Assembly: GCF_963676685.1 (NCBI RefSeq) | Contig: NC_092348.1 | Location: 64,976,001 to 65,040,000 of the forward strand | Length of the DNA: 64,000 nt | Origin: Mytilus edulis | Taxonomy: Eukaryota | Reading direction: 5' to 3' | In this document: in pieces, positions 11,742-25,489 of the stretch | Layout of the letters: every line of letters begins with the position of its first letter | Numbering within the stretch: position 1 is the first letter of the stretch | Translations under genes and position numbers: made by a program | The notes under the pieces: model-generated | Database searches by the model: none | The model's input: only the letters and a program-made list of their open reading frames with translations | What the model was told of the DNA's origin: nothing

Positions 11742-14700
11742 TACGGGACTCCAACTGAACAGCTGTTAGAATATGTGAGTATGTAAGCAAAATAGATGAC
11801 ACAGTTGAATTGTATACATACGGGAATGACCATTGAATTTTCAGAGGAAGTATCATTACTCTAAATGTACTTTAATTTTAGTGATTCTGCAATTTGTTAA
11901 GGGACTACCGTTTTCAATTTTCTTTTAGTCGAATATTTTTGTAATTTATTTTTTTAGTATGTTAAGTGGTTGTTTGCCTTTGAAAATTCGATCTTTACTG
12001 TTGAGTCTTATGTAGACCAAACGAGCTTCTGGCGAATAAAATGCAAAGCCAGGTACCTTTGATAAGTTTTAACTATTTTTTAGATTGTATTTCAAGATTT
12101 AAAGCCACAGAAATGGCCATGCATCCCCAAAGACGTACATGATATCATAATAAGATGTTGCATGACAAATCCAGAGGACCGTATAGATATATGTAGGATA
12201 GGAAAATTACTTAACAGTATACTAATTTCTCTTAACGGAGGTAACATTCATCAGCATTTTGGTAAATTATTTCAAAAAAAAATTCTATTCAATCGCTACA
12301 AAACTATTGCATTACAGGTACGAAGTAAGCGAAATCTTAATCTACAAAGTGATGTCGTCCCTAAATAGATTATAATTCTATGAGTTGTACTTCAATCAGT
12401 AACGTTTTGGGAGAGTATTTTTTGTTCGTGCAAAAAACCTTATTTTATTATTCGTTCTGTTCATTTGTTATTTGGGACGAACGTTAATCCTTGCCGAAAG
12501 ATATTAAAAAATATGTTTGGTGTACTTCAACGAAAAAGCATCGGAACAACAGTCATTAAGGGGTTAAAATACGAACTTCATCAATAGGTATTTGTGTATA
12601 CAATATGAAGGTATTCCTACAGGAAAACTGTAACAAACATTTTAACCGACGTGTGTGTGTTATGATTACATTTAAGTTTTCCTATGCGGCAGGCAAAGGG
12701 AAGTACCGTTCTGGATAAATGTTAATTTTTGTTTGAGATAAGTTAAGTAAGTTTGAGTCGACGAAAATTAAGTAGTTGTGTGATATCCATGTTCTAGTTT
12801 TTCCATGTGATAATGCTTGGACAATACGGCATAACTCGGATCACTTTTGGTATAAACTACAAGTGTTAACCACTATCTTTGTTGTTTTCATTGTAACAGT
12901 TAAATAACACGAATAATAAGAAACAAAACTTAAAAAGGTGAGTTTTAATACCAATCGGTAGATGAAAGTACTGGTGTGACTATTAATTTTCACTTTTGCT
13001 TTTTTACTTGGAACAACAAAATTAATTATTTTGTAAAAAAATGTTTCCGGTCTGTATTTATACTGTATATATTACTACAAAATTATTGTCCTTTACCTGT
13101 GTACATTATTCTGTTTGGCGACATTTTTTTCAAGGTAAGGTTGTTTTTTTGAAATTTGGAAACATCTTACCCCTTATTTTGTAGTTACATTGTGTCATAT
13201 ATCAAATGTATTAGTTCAGTGTATGTTCACTTGTGTTCATATGTCTTTTGGTTGGAATGAGCGTTTTCAATTGCAATGTTATAGTGCGTCTTTTTATATT
13301 GTGATGTTAAAGTATAAATTTAGATAAGGGTGAAGATTGGTACGTTTTTAAATGTTTAAACCTGCTGCATTTGTTTACACCTGTCCTAATTCAGGAACCT
13401 GATTTTAAATAGTTGTTGAAGGTTGATGTGTTACTCGTTTTTTATATAGATTAGACTGTTGTTTTTCCCGTTTGAATGGTTTTACACTAGTAATTGTTGG
13501 GTCCTTTATAGTTTGCTGTTGTGAATTGGATGGAGAGTTGTCTCATAGACACTCATACCACATCTTCTTATATCTATATAGTAAGTTTTAATGCTTGGCT
13601 GTTACACCACTGTCCCGTTTTTTGGTCCTCAGTGCTCTTCAACTTTATTCTTGTTTTACTTTCTAATTATTTTCATCTGAGCGTCACTGGTTAGTCTTAT
13701 GTAGACGAAACGCATGTCCGGCGTATCAAATTATAAGCCTGGTACCTTTGATAACCATTTTGAGGGATAACACATGTTATGTTTGCGTTTTTTATAACTT
13801 TCTTTACTGTATAGACTTTGATCATTGTTTAAGGCCGTAACAGGGTCTATAGTTGTGTTAAGCCACTTCATTTGGTCGCTAACGAATAATTGGTACTAAT
13901 ACATTTTCTATCTTTTATATCAGCCATTAACTTTGTTTGTTTGAACTAATGCTTTGTTAACGTATTACTTTAGGAAGACGTAATTTGATCTCGCATATAT
14001 TTGAGGAAGACAAAAAATACCCCGAATTAGATCTTCAGCATGATGTACCTGAAAGTGTATGTTTCCTGAATGATTTTTCTTACGTTATTTTTTTAATGCC
14101 AATTTATTTATATATTTCAACTGCTTGAATATCTGGTAATCAATGAAGTGCCTGGTATTTTTTTTTTAATGCGGTTAGATATCATACTCATGTTATATCA
14201 AGTATTATTTCTTTCTCTTGTTTCAAAATACCAGATATGTCCATTTTTATTTTTTTTTAAATGGATTGTTGTGTATTTTTTGCGGCATAAAGATAATTCG
14301 GATGATATTGACACAAAGAACATATAAATTGTTATTGTTGTTTTTATTAAAGACAATAATATGCTTTACCCAAGATAGACTTTGTATGCCCAATGAAACA
14401 ATTACCGATTTTTTTACAATATAATTCAAAAACGTATTCATACTTGCATGCAAAAATGATATTATTTTCAATTTTTTAGGGACTGCCTTCCTTGTTTGAA
14501 CAGCTTAAACATAATAACACACAGGACAGAGGTATGAATGTTTTCCTTAGTTTAAACATATTTATTTAAAGTGGATTGGGAAACAAGTTTTGCAACTTAT
14601 ATTAATCCCTTTCCACTTTGTGGGTGCGAGTGCTGCCTTGTAGCGGCATTAGCCTGCTCTTTTTTAAAGTCTACAAGTGTGTCTTTAACTCGCAAGAGAT

Positions 14701-17700
14701 ATGGCCCTCTCTTAACACGGGTCAGCCATTAATCGTCCCCTTCCGACGGACTATCATCGTTTCCTCAAGACCATTCTCGCAAATGGTGTCAGGGAGAGCC
14801 GAAAATTCAGTCCCTGAAATTTTCATCCCAGAACGGGAATCGAACCAGAAACCTTTTGGTTAGTAGTCCAATGACATAACCACTACACCACGGCTCTCAT
14901 AAATGTTTTCCTTTATTCGTTTGTGTCCGTGGAATACAATAATCTATCTTACATTGGTCGGTAAATGACTAAGTTTTCCTTATATTTCAAATAATTTTAG
15001 GTTAAATACATTTCTAGCTGTATATAAGATTTAATAATAATAATAATTTAATTAATTGTCATTAAATATTTACAAAGTTTGTTGCAATACAAGTTTCAAC
15101 AAACAATAAACAACAAAATAAAAACAAAATACTACGAAATTTAATCAAATGTTGACACAAAAACAGGTGATATATTTATGATATTACAATATTCAATATC
15201 CATGTTACAATAAGACCGCTGTCCTCAGTTCAATGGCCTCTTAATAATGAAGCCTATAATTCGAACATGTCTAAAGGAAGTGGGGTTGAAAATAATTTAT
15301 GATCATCAGCGAAATGAATAAAATGTTTGTCATCTAATTGTATATCATTATATAAATTTTGTCTGACATTTTCGTTTACCTTGCAATTGAGAATAAAATG
15401 AAATTTGCTTCAAGTGAAGGTTTTAAGTTTTTATACAGAAAAGTTTGCTACTTTTCATTTTTTTTTCTATTTTACTTTTATATACATCTTTACAAAATAG
15501 GTATACACAAATGTGCTTCTTTAGAAAAAAAAATGTATCTTCCTGTCCGCTAGCTAACAAGGTTCATAAAAAGTAATGTAAAAACAAACTGTTTTTAACT
15601 GCAACAATGTGTATTCAGATAAAATTCAAAACTGCTTGAGTTTATCACGAACGAATACATTTTTCTTTATTTTTGTAAATTGGCTTCTATACTATCTTTT
15701 GAAATGTACTATTCTGTATGATGAAAAGTTGTTCTCATTTAAAAAAGTTATCGATTTTTATTAAAAATATAACTTTACGGTTTAGTAATTACTTTAATAG
15801 GGGGGGAAATCTCCACATTTCATAGGTTAATTGAATTTTTTTCAAAAATTGAAGAAAGGAATCAGAACATCTCCGTTTAGAATGCTTAAAATAACATATG
15901 ATATGATACTTGAACTATAATATACTTTGCTAAATATCTTATCAACTTTTCCTCCTTTATCAGCACAATTTTATTGCGGTTACTGAACCAGTGACTGTTG
16001 ATTTTGTTCAGTCTTTACCTCATCTCGACAAACAGACATGTACAGAAATACTTCAATTGTTGGATACTCCAAGTAGAGAGGAAAGAAGAAATATGCCTGG
16101 AAATTATCAATTAGTACTGGTAAGTAATATACCATCTGAGGCAACCCAAATGTCGAGATTGAATAAACAAATTGAGAATATATAAATCAATAGCATAAAA
16201 AATAATAGATTGTTGGGCAATTGAACGGATTTATTTAAAGTACAGGGATAGAGTTTAGCTTTATATTATTACATTTAAACAAAAATCGCATAGAACAAAT
16301 TGTGGCATAAACAAGTATAATTTCTTACCGAAAGAATTCTTGAGTATAGCCTGATGGGGAGATTGTTTCCACCATAGCGCGCATTATACGTAAAAGATTT
16401 CATGTTTTTTATTCAGTCCAAGATTTCAATAATTAGTTCAAATTGTTTCATTTATAGAAATACAAACTTCATAAAAGTTCAAATCTGTTGGAACTAGCAT
16501 TCAAACATTTTTGTGGTGATCCAGACGAAAATGGATATGAATACCTGAAGATAGTACAAAAAATAGTAAAATTCATTGGTGAGATGCATAAGCGTAACTG
16601 GATACTCAGAGATCTGTGTGCTGATAATATCTTCGTATTGGATACAAATCAGGCGGTAATTTCTTTTTTCATTTTAGGAACGATTGTAATTTTTTTTCTG
16701 TCTATGAAGAAATAACATAAAAAAATGTGGTGCACACTGAATAATCAACCCGCGAAGCGTGTTATTTTAAAGTTTGAAATAGACAGAAAAGGTATAACAG
16801 TCATTACTTATAATTTAATTCTAAATTCCAATTTCAGCCGGAGTAAATTGAAAAAAAAACGTTGATGACGTCACGGTCATATTACAAAATTAGGTCTATG
16901 AGCTGATAGGCAAAACACTGTCAGCAAATCAGAGGATGCGTTACATCCATTAGAAGATAACAGTAGTGTTCATCATAAAGGTTGAGAGCGTTATTGTTCA
17001 GGAACCATCCATAATCTACTTATATCAGTCGACTGATCTTCAAATCTTATAAATTAATATAGAATATAAATATTATACTAGAACAGAAACTTGTAAAATG
17101 GCATAAATTCTTCAAAGAGCTAAACTTGGAGCGATGACTGCTGTGAATAAATCACCTGCCACCTATATAGCTATTATTGTGAATATCAGAATAATAATTA
17201 AAAAAAAGACGGACACATTACCTTGAAGTTTCAATAAGCTGGTTCAATTCAAAAGTAATGTTCGATGTAAAGATAAAAAAAAAGAAGATGTGGTATGATT
17301 GCCAATGAGACAACTATCCACAAAAGACCAAAATGACACAGACATTAACAACTATAGGTTATCGGTTTGCTCTCTTTGTTAATCTATAAATTTGTAACAT
17401 CTGAACGATATTTTACAAAATGTAGTAACATCGACAACCAATTAAATTGTGAATAAAATTCATGTGTAGAATTAAATTTTAACTTCTTACATTATTTGGT
17501 AGCAATAAGTCCTGTTTGGAAAAACAGATCAAAGGCTTTCAATTTAGCACTCTAGACATGCGTTATGACTGCACGAGATCCATCATCTTAACAATCAGAA
17601 ATGAGTTGAAAAAAAAAAAAAAATATTTAGATATGAATAGAAGATTTTTTTTTTATCTCATTTGGATAAAAAGATATGTTGGATCGATATCTTTATACTG

Positions 17701-20700
17701 CGGAACTAAAATATACCCAGGAACTTCATTATTATCTTTAAAGAATGCGATTCGATTTTTTCAGAACAACAATTAGCAACCTAACTGAATAAATGAAATA
17801 ACACAGTTCCTATTATAATATCTTAAATGTCAATTTAATTATGATTACAGATAACTATGCCACGACTTGGTCGAATGTTGTGGTTTGATTCAAATGGCGT
17901 ATTGGACGATTGTATCATAGATGAAGTAAAAGAGGACAGGCGACGCTGGTGAGAACGTTATACCTTGCATATATGTATAGTTCTTATGTCTATGGCGGGT
18001 TTAATATCTTTGTCGAGCTCTTAATCTAAGATAAATATCGCGTCACAAACGCCGGACAAACCATTAATCTATGGCAGTTTCCCCTCTCAATCAATGGCAG
18101 AACTTGAAATAATAATAATTTATCCGGGGAAAGATTTAACTATAGTGTTTAGAAGGCAAGTTTTCAAGGCCCATAATCCATAAATTCAAATGTATTTCAG
18201 AAATTCAAGTTCCGGTGACGGATTCCTGCACATGAGAAAAATGTACTCATCTTTTACGGATGATATACGAATACTAGCGCGAAATCGATACGGTTGTCCA
18301 TTAGTCAATGTCTATTACACAAATAGTTATGGATGTCGTACTCCTCAACTGTTTTTCTTGTGCAGGTTTAAAAAAAACCAGCTAATTTGTCAGATATGTA
18401 CTGTGACTAGTCTTCTTTAAAATGTCATTGATATGAAAACTTGAAATCCGTCATAGATAAGAATTTTTTATAGTTTGCATAACGTTGGATTCTCAAACTT
18501 CTGCCATGGATTTTGGGTGAATTGACGTCTTACTTATCATAGATAACGAATCTGCCATTTACCAGAAACCACCATAGATTTGAGTCATGCAAATTTAAAT
18601 TTCATTTGCTCTGATAACTAAGTATTCACATCTAAAAACTTCCAGTGTCAGTTTTTACATTCTTGTAGCATACAAGGGGGGCAATCTGAAGGACGCCTTC
18701 GGGTGCGAGAATTTCTCGCTGCATTGAAGACCTGTTGGTGACCTTCTTGCTGTTGCTTGTTCTATGGTCGGGTTGTTGTCTCTTTGACACATTCCCCATT
18801 TCCATTTTCAATTTTATGTGATGGCTAATCATAAACAACTTACAAAACAACAATAAATACCAAGAGTTGAAATACACATAAAACCTGTATACACAGATCC
18901 ATAGAAAGATAGAGATATTCATTGTAACTTGATGTTACATGCTAAGATGAGTTCTCCAAAAAAAAAAAATAACAAAAATTAACGAAATTAGACTGCATAA
19001 TTGATTTGTGTTTTTAAACAACTTTGCTGTGATCCTGTCAGTTATATGGTCTTGATTTAAGGATTTCAAAGTAATGACATGTTGGTTTGTAATCCGGATT
19101 TGTTTTCGCTTAATCGATTTATTAGTATTAAACAGAGGTATACTAATGTTTTTTTTATCTATCTATATGCATTCAGATAGAGAAAACAATCACATAATTT
19201 TAAATGAAATATGTAATCTCTTAAAGCTAAGGGTTCCACAAGTTAAAAAAAGATAGTCAATAAATTATGTTATATACTAGTTGAGCAGCATGTACCCTTA
19301 TGAACATAAAAGGTGAACCCAGGTTCTTGATAAGGTAAGCACACCATTTCACACACGTGTCGTCTTTACAAACTATGATGAAGATCATAATAATGTGTAA
19401 TAAATATTGATTAAAAAATCTACTATTAAACAAACATCATTATAGAAGAATAAGAAAATGTGATAGGATTGCCTAGATAAATTTCCACAAGAAACTAAAT
19501 TACACAGAAATTAACAACGATATGTCACCATACCGCCTTCAACAATGAGCAAAATCCATACATCATAGTCAGCTATAAAAGCTAAAGACCCATAAAAATC
19601 AATGTATTCTTTGGTTGAAAATGGTTTAATTCGTCAGATCGATACAAAGCAGAAAAACATCTTTCATAGATCGGATGTGGCAGGGTATTTATATATCCCT
19701 AACAACTAAAAAAAAGACACAAAGTACAGTTCTGAGAGTACTTTAAGTTACTGACCGCTGGTTCAAATTGAATAACAACTAATAAAAAATATCTTAGTTT
19801 GAATATACATTTATTTGTTTCAATTGAAATTCAGTGATTGTAAACATTAAACTATTGCAAAACTTGAACCTTTGATTTAATTGAATATAACTCATAATTT
19901 AAACATAATAGGTTACCAATTGAGGTTCTTCAAAATGGCCAATACTCTAAGGAAGGTGATATCTATATGTTTGCAATGGTAATTTATGAACTTTACATGG
20001 CGCTTGATGTTCATCAACATGACAACATGGCTAGCGAGTTAGAATGTGCACCGTTTGCCACCGTTTCAATTTCAGAGGTAAAAGTTATATAATGTTCGAT
20101 AGAAAATCAATGACTTTTATTGACTGATATTAATATAAAATATATAATAAGATAGTGGTGTGTTTTGACTACAAATACTCTCCGACTGATGTAAAACAGT
20201 TGTAGATAAAAAAAAAAAAACATATGGTACAAACCATAATACTCGATTTGAATGAATTCAAAAATCGTTTCATCCGTACAAAGGAAGACACCGTCAGATG
20301 AATGACAAATTTATAAGGTTCCAACTCCTCAATGCAAATTTTACTTAAAAAAATTTGGCGATACTTTTATCCTTTCGTTTCTATGCATTCATACACGATT
20401 GGGGTTCTCGTATTGGGGTTTAATGATTTTCTCAATGACGTTAAATCAATACAAAAAAGCGCGTCAGACACATGAAATAAGATAGATTTGTACCCACAAA
20501 GACAGTTTTTAAATAGCTTACAACAATAACGGCATTACATAGCATTACGTAATACGTTAAATAAAGTATTGATGTGCAAATGTTAATACTGACAAATGTC
20601 AAATGTTAATATTTTGAACATTTTCATTTTACAATGCATAAATGTGTAAAGCATGTCCACAAAATGTCATACCAAATATGGTAGCAGTATACTGATGTCA

Positions 20701-22704
20701 GATAAAATTAGAGTCGGCAATAAACAGACAAACATGGGAAATACACCAACAGACGAAACAACACCGAGCTCTTTACGGAGTACCCCTAATTGCAGCGACA
20801 AAGTAAGTAACCCTTGTCTCGCATTTGACGATATACTCAATGACAAACAAGATAATACGGAAATTGTTTTGTTATAACTAATCTTATCTTCCGTCTGCCT
20901 TTTGTAGTTACTTAAGACCCTTTACAGTGGAAAAGTACCAATGCAACCAGATTACTGTCCTGACTGGTTGTATGATATTATGAAGCTTTGTTGGAACAGA
21001 GACAGAACACGCAGACCAACTACTTATTATATTATCAAAGAAATTAAGAGAAACATGGAGTAAGTTATAGGCGTTATTACAATTCACAATAAAATCAATC
21101 TCTTGAGTAACGCTTTTCAAACAATTTATCAATCACGATTGAATGCTAAATAACAATAGCTAAAAACCTTGTTATCTGATTTTGAACTTATCAGCATACT
21201 TGGTTATTAGGTCTTTCATTTTACACATTTTGAGTGCAAAAACGTTTTGTTCAGTTCTTTTTTCATTATTCAACTGATATGTTTTTTATTGTTTCGACAC
21301 ATACTGGGTGATTTTTGGAACATAATACCATGTAATGTAATGGGTTAATTCATTTTGGACCACAGCAAGCTTGTGATATCTAATGGATAGCTTTTTTTAC
21401 CTTTTTACATTTGATATAAGTTATAAATCGATGCTACTCATAAACCGTAAGTCATAGGGACATTAATATTGCTGTACATGGATCCTTGATCATTATCTAG
21501 CTACAGAATACACAGATATTTGATGTTTACAATTTCAGAACATCAACAAATCAGGTCTCTAGCGACTCTCACCAAGAAAAGTACGAGGTGCCAGAGGGTT
21601 CAGAACCAGAAGGGGGTTATGAACATCTAAAGAAAGCAAACAGTATCGATAGTGAAAACTATGACAGCCTTGATAGTGAAAGCTATGACAGCCTTGACGA
21701 CATCAGTTTAGACAAATTTAATCCATCTGTAGAAACAACATGCCATTTTCCAATAATTTCGATTCCAAAATATGGGAATATTAATCCGTTTAAAGTAAAT
21801 AGACAACACTTGTAGTTTCGAATCTAGAACAAGTTCTTTTACTAAAGACAATGTACAGTTTTCGTGTGTTAATAGCGACACAGAATCAGAGTTGAGTATG
21901 TTCAAACATCATAATGTGCAATCTAAACATAGATCAGCATCAATAAGATCTTTCCCAAGCAATGGTTTTAAATTCGCAGATATAACACCAGAAAGAGAAT
22001 ATGAATATCGGAACGATTATCAGTATCAATATACGGATGCAAAATCCAAAGAAACAAGTCAAACGTTCAAAGGTATTTCATCCCATTCAAACAGTATCTC
22101 AAAAGCAGAAGCTTCGGCAAGTTCTATTAATGGTGCGGCTGTTGTTTTTAAAGAAAAGGATAAACACATCAATGAAGGCATCAACCAAAATTGTAAGGAA
22201 GATCAATTTAACAGTAACAATGCATCTAACGCAAGTAGTTTTTACTGTCATATGGATTTGAATAGCCAGTCATCGACAGAAACATCTCCAAAGAACACAC
22301 AAAAACCAGAAATTTGTAAAACTTCCAAACAATCTACAACACCATGTGATATAAGATCAATAGACTTTCAAGGAAGGGAGACGAGTTCGCCTTCTTGTTG
22401 CAGCAGCAATCGTTTTGAGACACCAGCAAAGATCAATGGTGAAAATACTCCTTATAAATCAAAAACAGAAAGTGGAAAAACAACAAACATGTATACAGCA
22501 GATGACGATAAATTCAGCGATAGGTCTAGAGAAAGCAGCACGTATTGTCATATGGACAATACTGCGGATGAGGATACTGAAAGTGAATCATACAAAGATT
22601 CTGAATCTCTTTCAAATTTATGTTCACGATCGGAAGATAACTATTTGGCTGTTGTGTATGCCGATGTTCAGACTTTTAACAGACGCAAACAGTCATGTAT
22701 GTAA
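11742..22704 (+). pseudogene. 5'-truncated, frameshifted paralog of the tandem-pseudokinase gene
   Basis: Exons: 11742-11774 (remnant YGTPTEQLLEY vs YNTPTDQILEY), 12084-12240, 13974-14056, 14480-14531, 15964-16119, 16458-16655, 17851-17948, 19912-20077, 20908-21059, 21539-22704. Five exons have the same length as in the minus-strand gene (83, 52, 98, 166, 152 nt). Motifs WILRDLCADNIFV, MPRLGR, RRWLPIEV, CPDWLYDIMKLCW. No counterpart found for the 5' exons or the 125-nt exon; frame changes near 21796. Confidence 0.8.
14549..14901 (-). mobile_element. Full-length tRNA-derived SINE with target-site duplication
   Basis: Minus-strand head gagccgTGGTGTAGTGGtta...GGTTCGATTCCcg (Pol III A and B boxes). 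Flanked by aatgttttcctt at 14537-14548 and 14902-14913. Confidence 0.85.
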
Positions 22705-23364
22705 ATGCGCTATGTGTATTTCTAATTACATTAATCATGATGTCAAAAAAAAGTTAACAAGACCTCATTATTAATTACTCGGTATACTTGGATACATAAT
22801 CAACTAAAAAGATATTTATGAAATAAATCTATTTTAGTAACACATGCAGTTATCATAAATTCAACACATATTAGTTTCTATTTTATTAATTTCCGTTAGT
22901 AGTCATTCATTGTACTTTGATTTAGCTATATTTCAAATATAATATAATGTTATAGTACATTTGAAAAAATTGAACAAAGGGAAATTCATTATTCAAGATT
23001 CTGCTTGACATGATCATTTTTAACACATGGATGTTTTTCCTAATGCGTTAAATTGAACATAACTGAAGTGAACAATTTTAAAACATACATGTATCAATTA
23101 AAACAATCTGGATTAATCTGTGTATAATTTCATATATGGCAAGAAAAAGAAAAGACAGGATAAGATTTGATAAGGGGACTTTTCCCAATTAAACTCGAAA
23201 ATCAAAAATACTTAATCTCCAAAAAAGCAACCTTAATATGTTTATCAGACATCAATTTTTTGTATTTCGGATTTTTTGTTGCATAGTTACATTAGGATTG
23301 AAACTATTGATACTTCTTTAATCAGATACAAAACTGAATAGACCGCCAAAATTGTTTGTTAATA

Positions 23365-24906
23365 AGCCCCAGTACCACTAGACCACGATCGCACTACGCT
23401 CACTGCGATCTGATATAAATTCAGATCGTGGTGAGGTCGCCGTTTGAGCGGCATGAAAATGTAAATTTTCGTTGCTTTCACGATGATACTACGTCCTCAT
23501 TACGCTTCTACAACGATCCCGGTACGATTATACCAAGTTCTCACCGCGCTTATTCTGCGACCTCACTACGCTTATCAAGATCTTTCTACGTTTATCACGT
23601 TCTCACTTCGACCATACCACGAGTTATTCGATTGCAACACGTTCATACGACACTTCTACTGCGATTATAGCACGTTCTTACCACGATTATACTACGTTCA
23701 TACCGATCTTACCATGATCTCAGCAATAGTATCAAAATCGTGTTCCATATCAACACAGTTCCATTCCTTCTATTTCTGATTAATACGTAGATTTCTCGGA
23801 AACAAAACAGTCATGCTATCAAAATCTACTAGAACACGTGGGCGTGGTGGTAGGGGTTGATTCAGAGGAAGAGAGAGCTCTGATAGTTACGAACCCTGAT
23901 CTAGCAAAGATGTCGGAACGATATACAACCTGAATTACAACCTATTCCTGGTCCATCAAACTCAAATGACGATATTTTAGTGAACGATATTAAAGATGTC
24001 TCAGATGTGTGAATATAAAAAGAAAATAGAAGATGGCTTGTCTCATTGGCAATCATACCACATGATGTGGTATGATTGCCAATGAGACAACTCTCTACAA
24101 GAGACCAGAAGGACACAGAAATTAACAACTATAGGTCACCGTACAGCCTTTAACAATAAGCGAAGCCCATTCCGCATAGGCCTCGAAATGACAATGTAAA
24201 ACGATTCAAACTAGAAAACTAACGGCTTTATTTATGTTAGAAAAAAGAATGTCAAATATATATGTAACATATTAACATATCAACAAACGACAATCACTGA
24301 TTTACAGGCTCCTGACTTGGGATAGGCACTTGCATACATAATGTGGCATGGTTGAGCAGTTAGAGCAAATGGACAAGAAGTCCTTATTACATAGAGACAA
24401 TCAAAACCTGGAAAGATTTAATATATTGTATGTAAAAATGACAATAAAAATGAAAGTCGTAGTATGAACGTAGGAAGAGCGCGTTGAGGGCGGCAAGGTC
24501 GTGCTAGAATCGTACTATGGTCTTGAACAGCGTGGTGTAAACGTGGTATAGTTGAGTGGAAGCGTAGTTGGGTCGCGGTGAGAACGTGATGGTCGTAATA
24601 ACGTCGCTGTGAGGTCGTAGAACAGTCTCTCCGAAAAGAATACGCTACGATGGTATAGCGACCTGTGCGATCTTACCACGATCTTACTGCGCTCTCACTA
24701 CGCTTCTACTACGACCTGATTTCGCCATGACCGCACCACGATTGTTTTAAACATGTTCAAAGTTGGCCACGCTCATCAAGATCATCAAGACCTCACCACG
24801 ACCGTACTAAGACCTTACTGCGATCTACACGATCGCACTACGATCGTCAAAATTTTCATTTTTTTCACAGATCGTAGAGCGATCGTGGCCTAGTGGGACT
24901 GCGGTA
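23365..24906. mobile_element. Non-autonomous DNA transposon (PIF/Harbinger-like MITE) with a nested repeat at about 24020-24355
   Basis: Imperfect TIRs gccccagtaccactagaccacgatcgcactacg / cgtagagcgatcgtggcctagtgggactgcggt; interior rich in ctacga/cacgat motifs. Superfamily is inference. Confidence 0.7.
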
Positions 24907-25489
24907 TTAGAGTTTGTCATCTGACCTTGACATTAAAAAGGTACATGAATAAGTGGTGGTTAATTTACAAAAACATAGATATGAATCTTTTTTTTTTGTT
25001 TGGAAATCTCTTAGCCGACAAAAGGGGTATGATAGAGAGAAAAAACAAATACAAATATAAACTATACTTTACCGTAATGAAGAAAATACGTGGCTATTTT
25101 CATCATTAAATTTAGCACAAACAACTAAACCAGCTGATCATCATGATATAAAATCATGCGATTTTATGTAAAACTCTCATATATATATAAATATTACTGA
25201 AAAATTATTACACTAGGGTTTTCGATATCACAAACTAGTCAAAACATATACTAAATTTTATCAACGGTATAAGGGTTCAACATCATTCGTAAATATAGCT
25301 CAACATGCAGACTTCTTATACGTTCAGGTATTTCACATCCGATATTTTATGGAAATATTATTTATAAAGCACAAAAATGTCAGTATTCACCTCAGAAGCT
25401 AACAAAACCTTAAAATAGACTTATCAAGAAGGAATATAGTTACGATACTGTTGTCAGGTCATGAAATATTGCATAGTTTGGCGTTGATA

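Noticed and set aside
14820-14897. tRNA gene on the minus strand
   Set aside because: A and B boxes are present, but it runs into a ~280-bp body bounded by a TSD, so it is a SINE head.
15167-15279. Candidate for the missing phase 1-0 exon of the plus-strand paralog
   Set aside because: Phases fit, but it has an in-frame TAA at 15211, no polypyrimidine tract and no visible similarity to the 125-nt paralog exon.
21658-21696. ITAM in YDSLDSESYDSL
   Set aside because: Only 4 residues separate the two YxxL units, against 6-8 in the ITAM consensus; it comes from a 24-nt duplication.
23428-23779. ORFs of 80 and 98 aa, and similar ones at 30430-30702 and 32134-32412
   Set aside because: Low-complexity subterminal repeats of MITEs; no transposase motifs.
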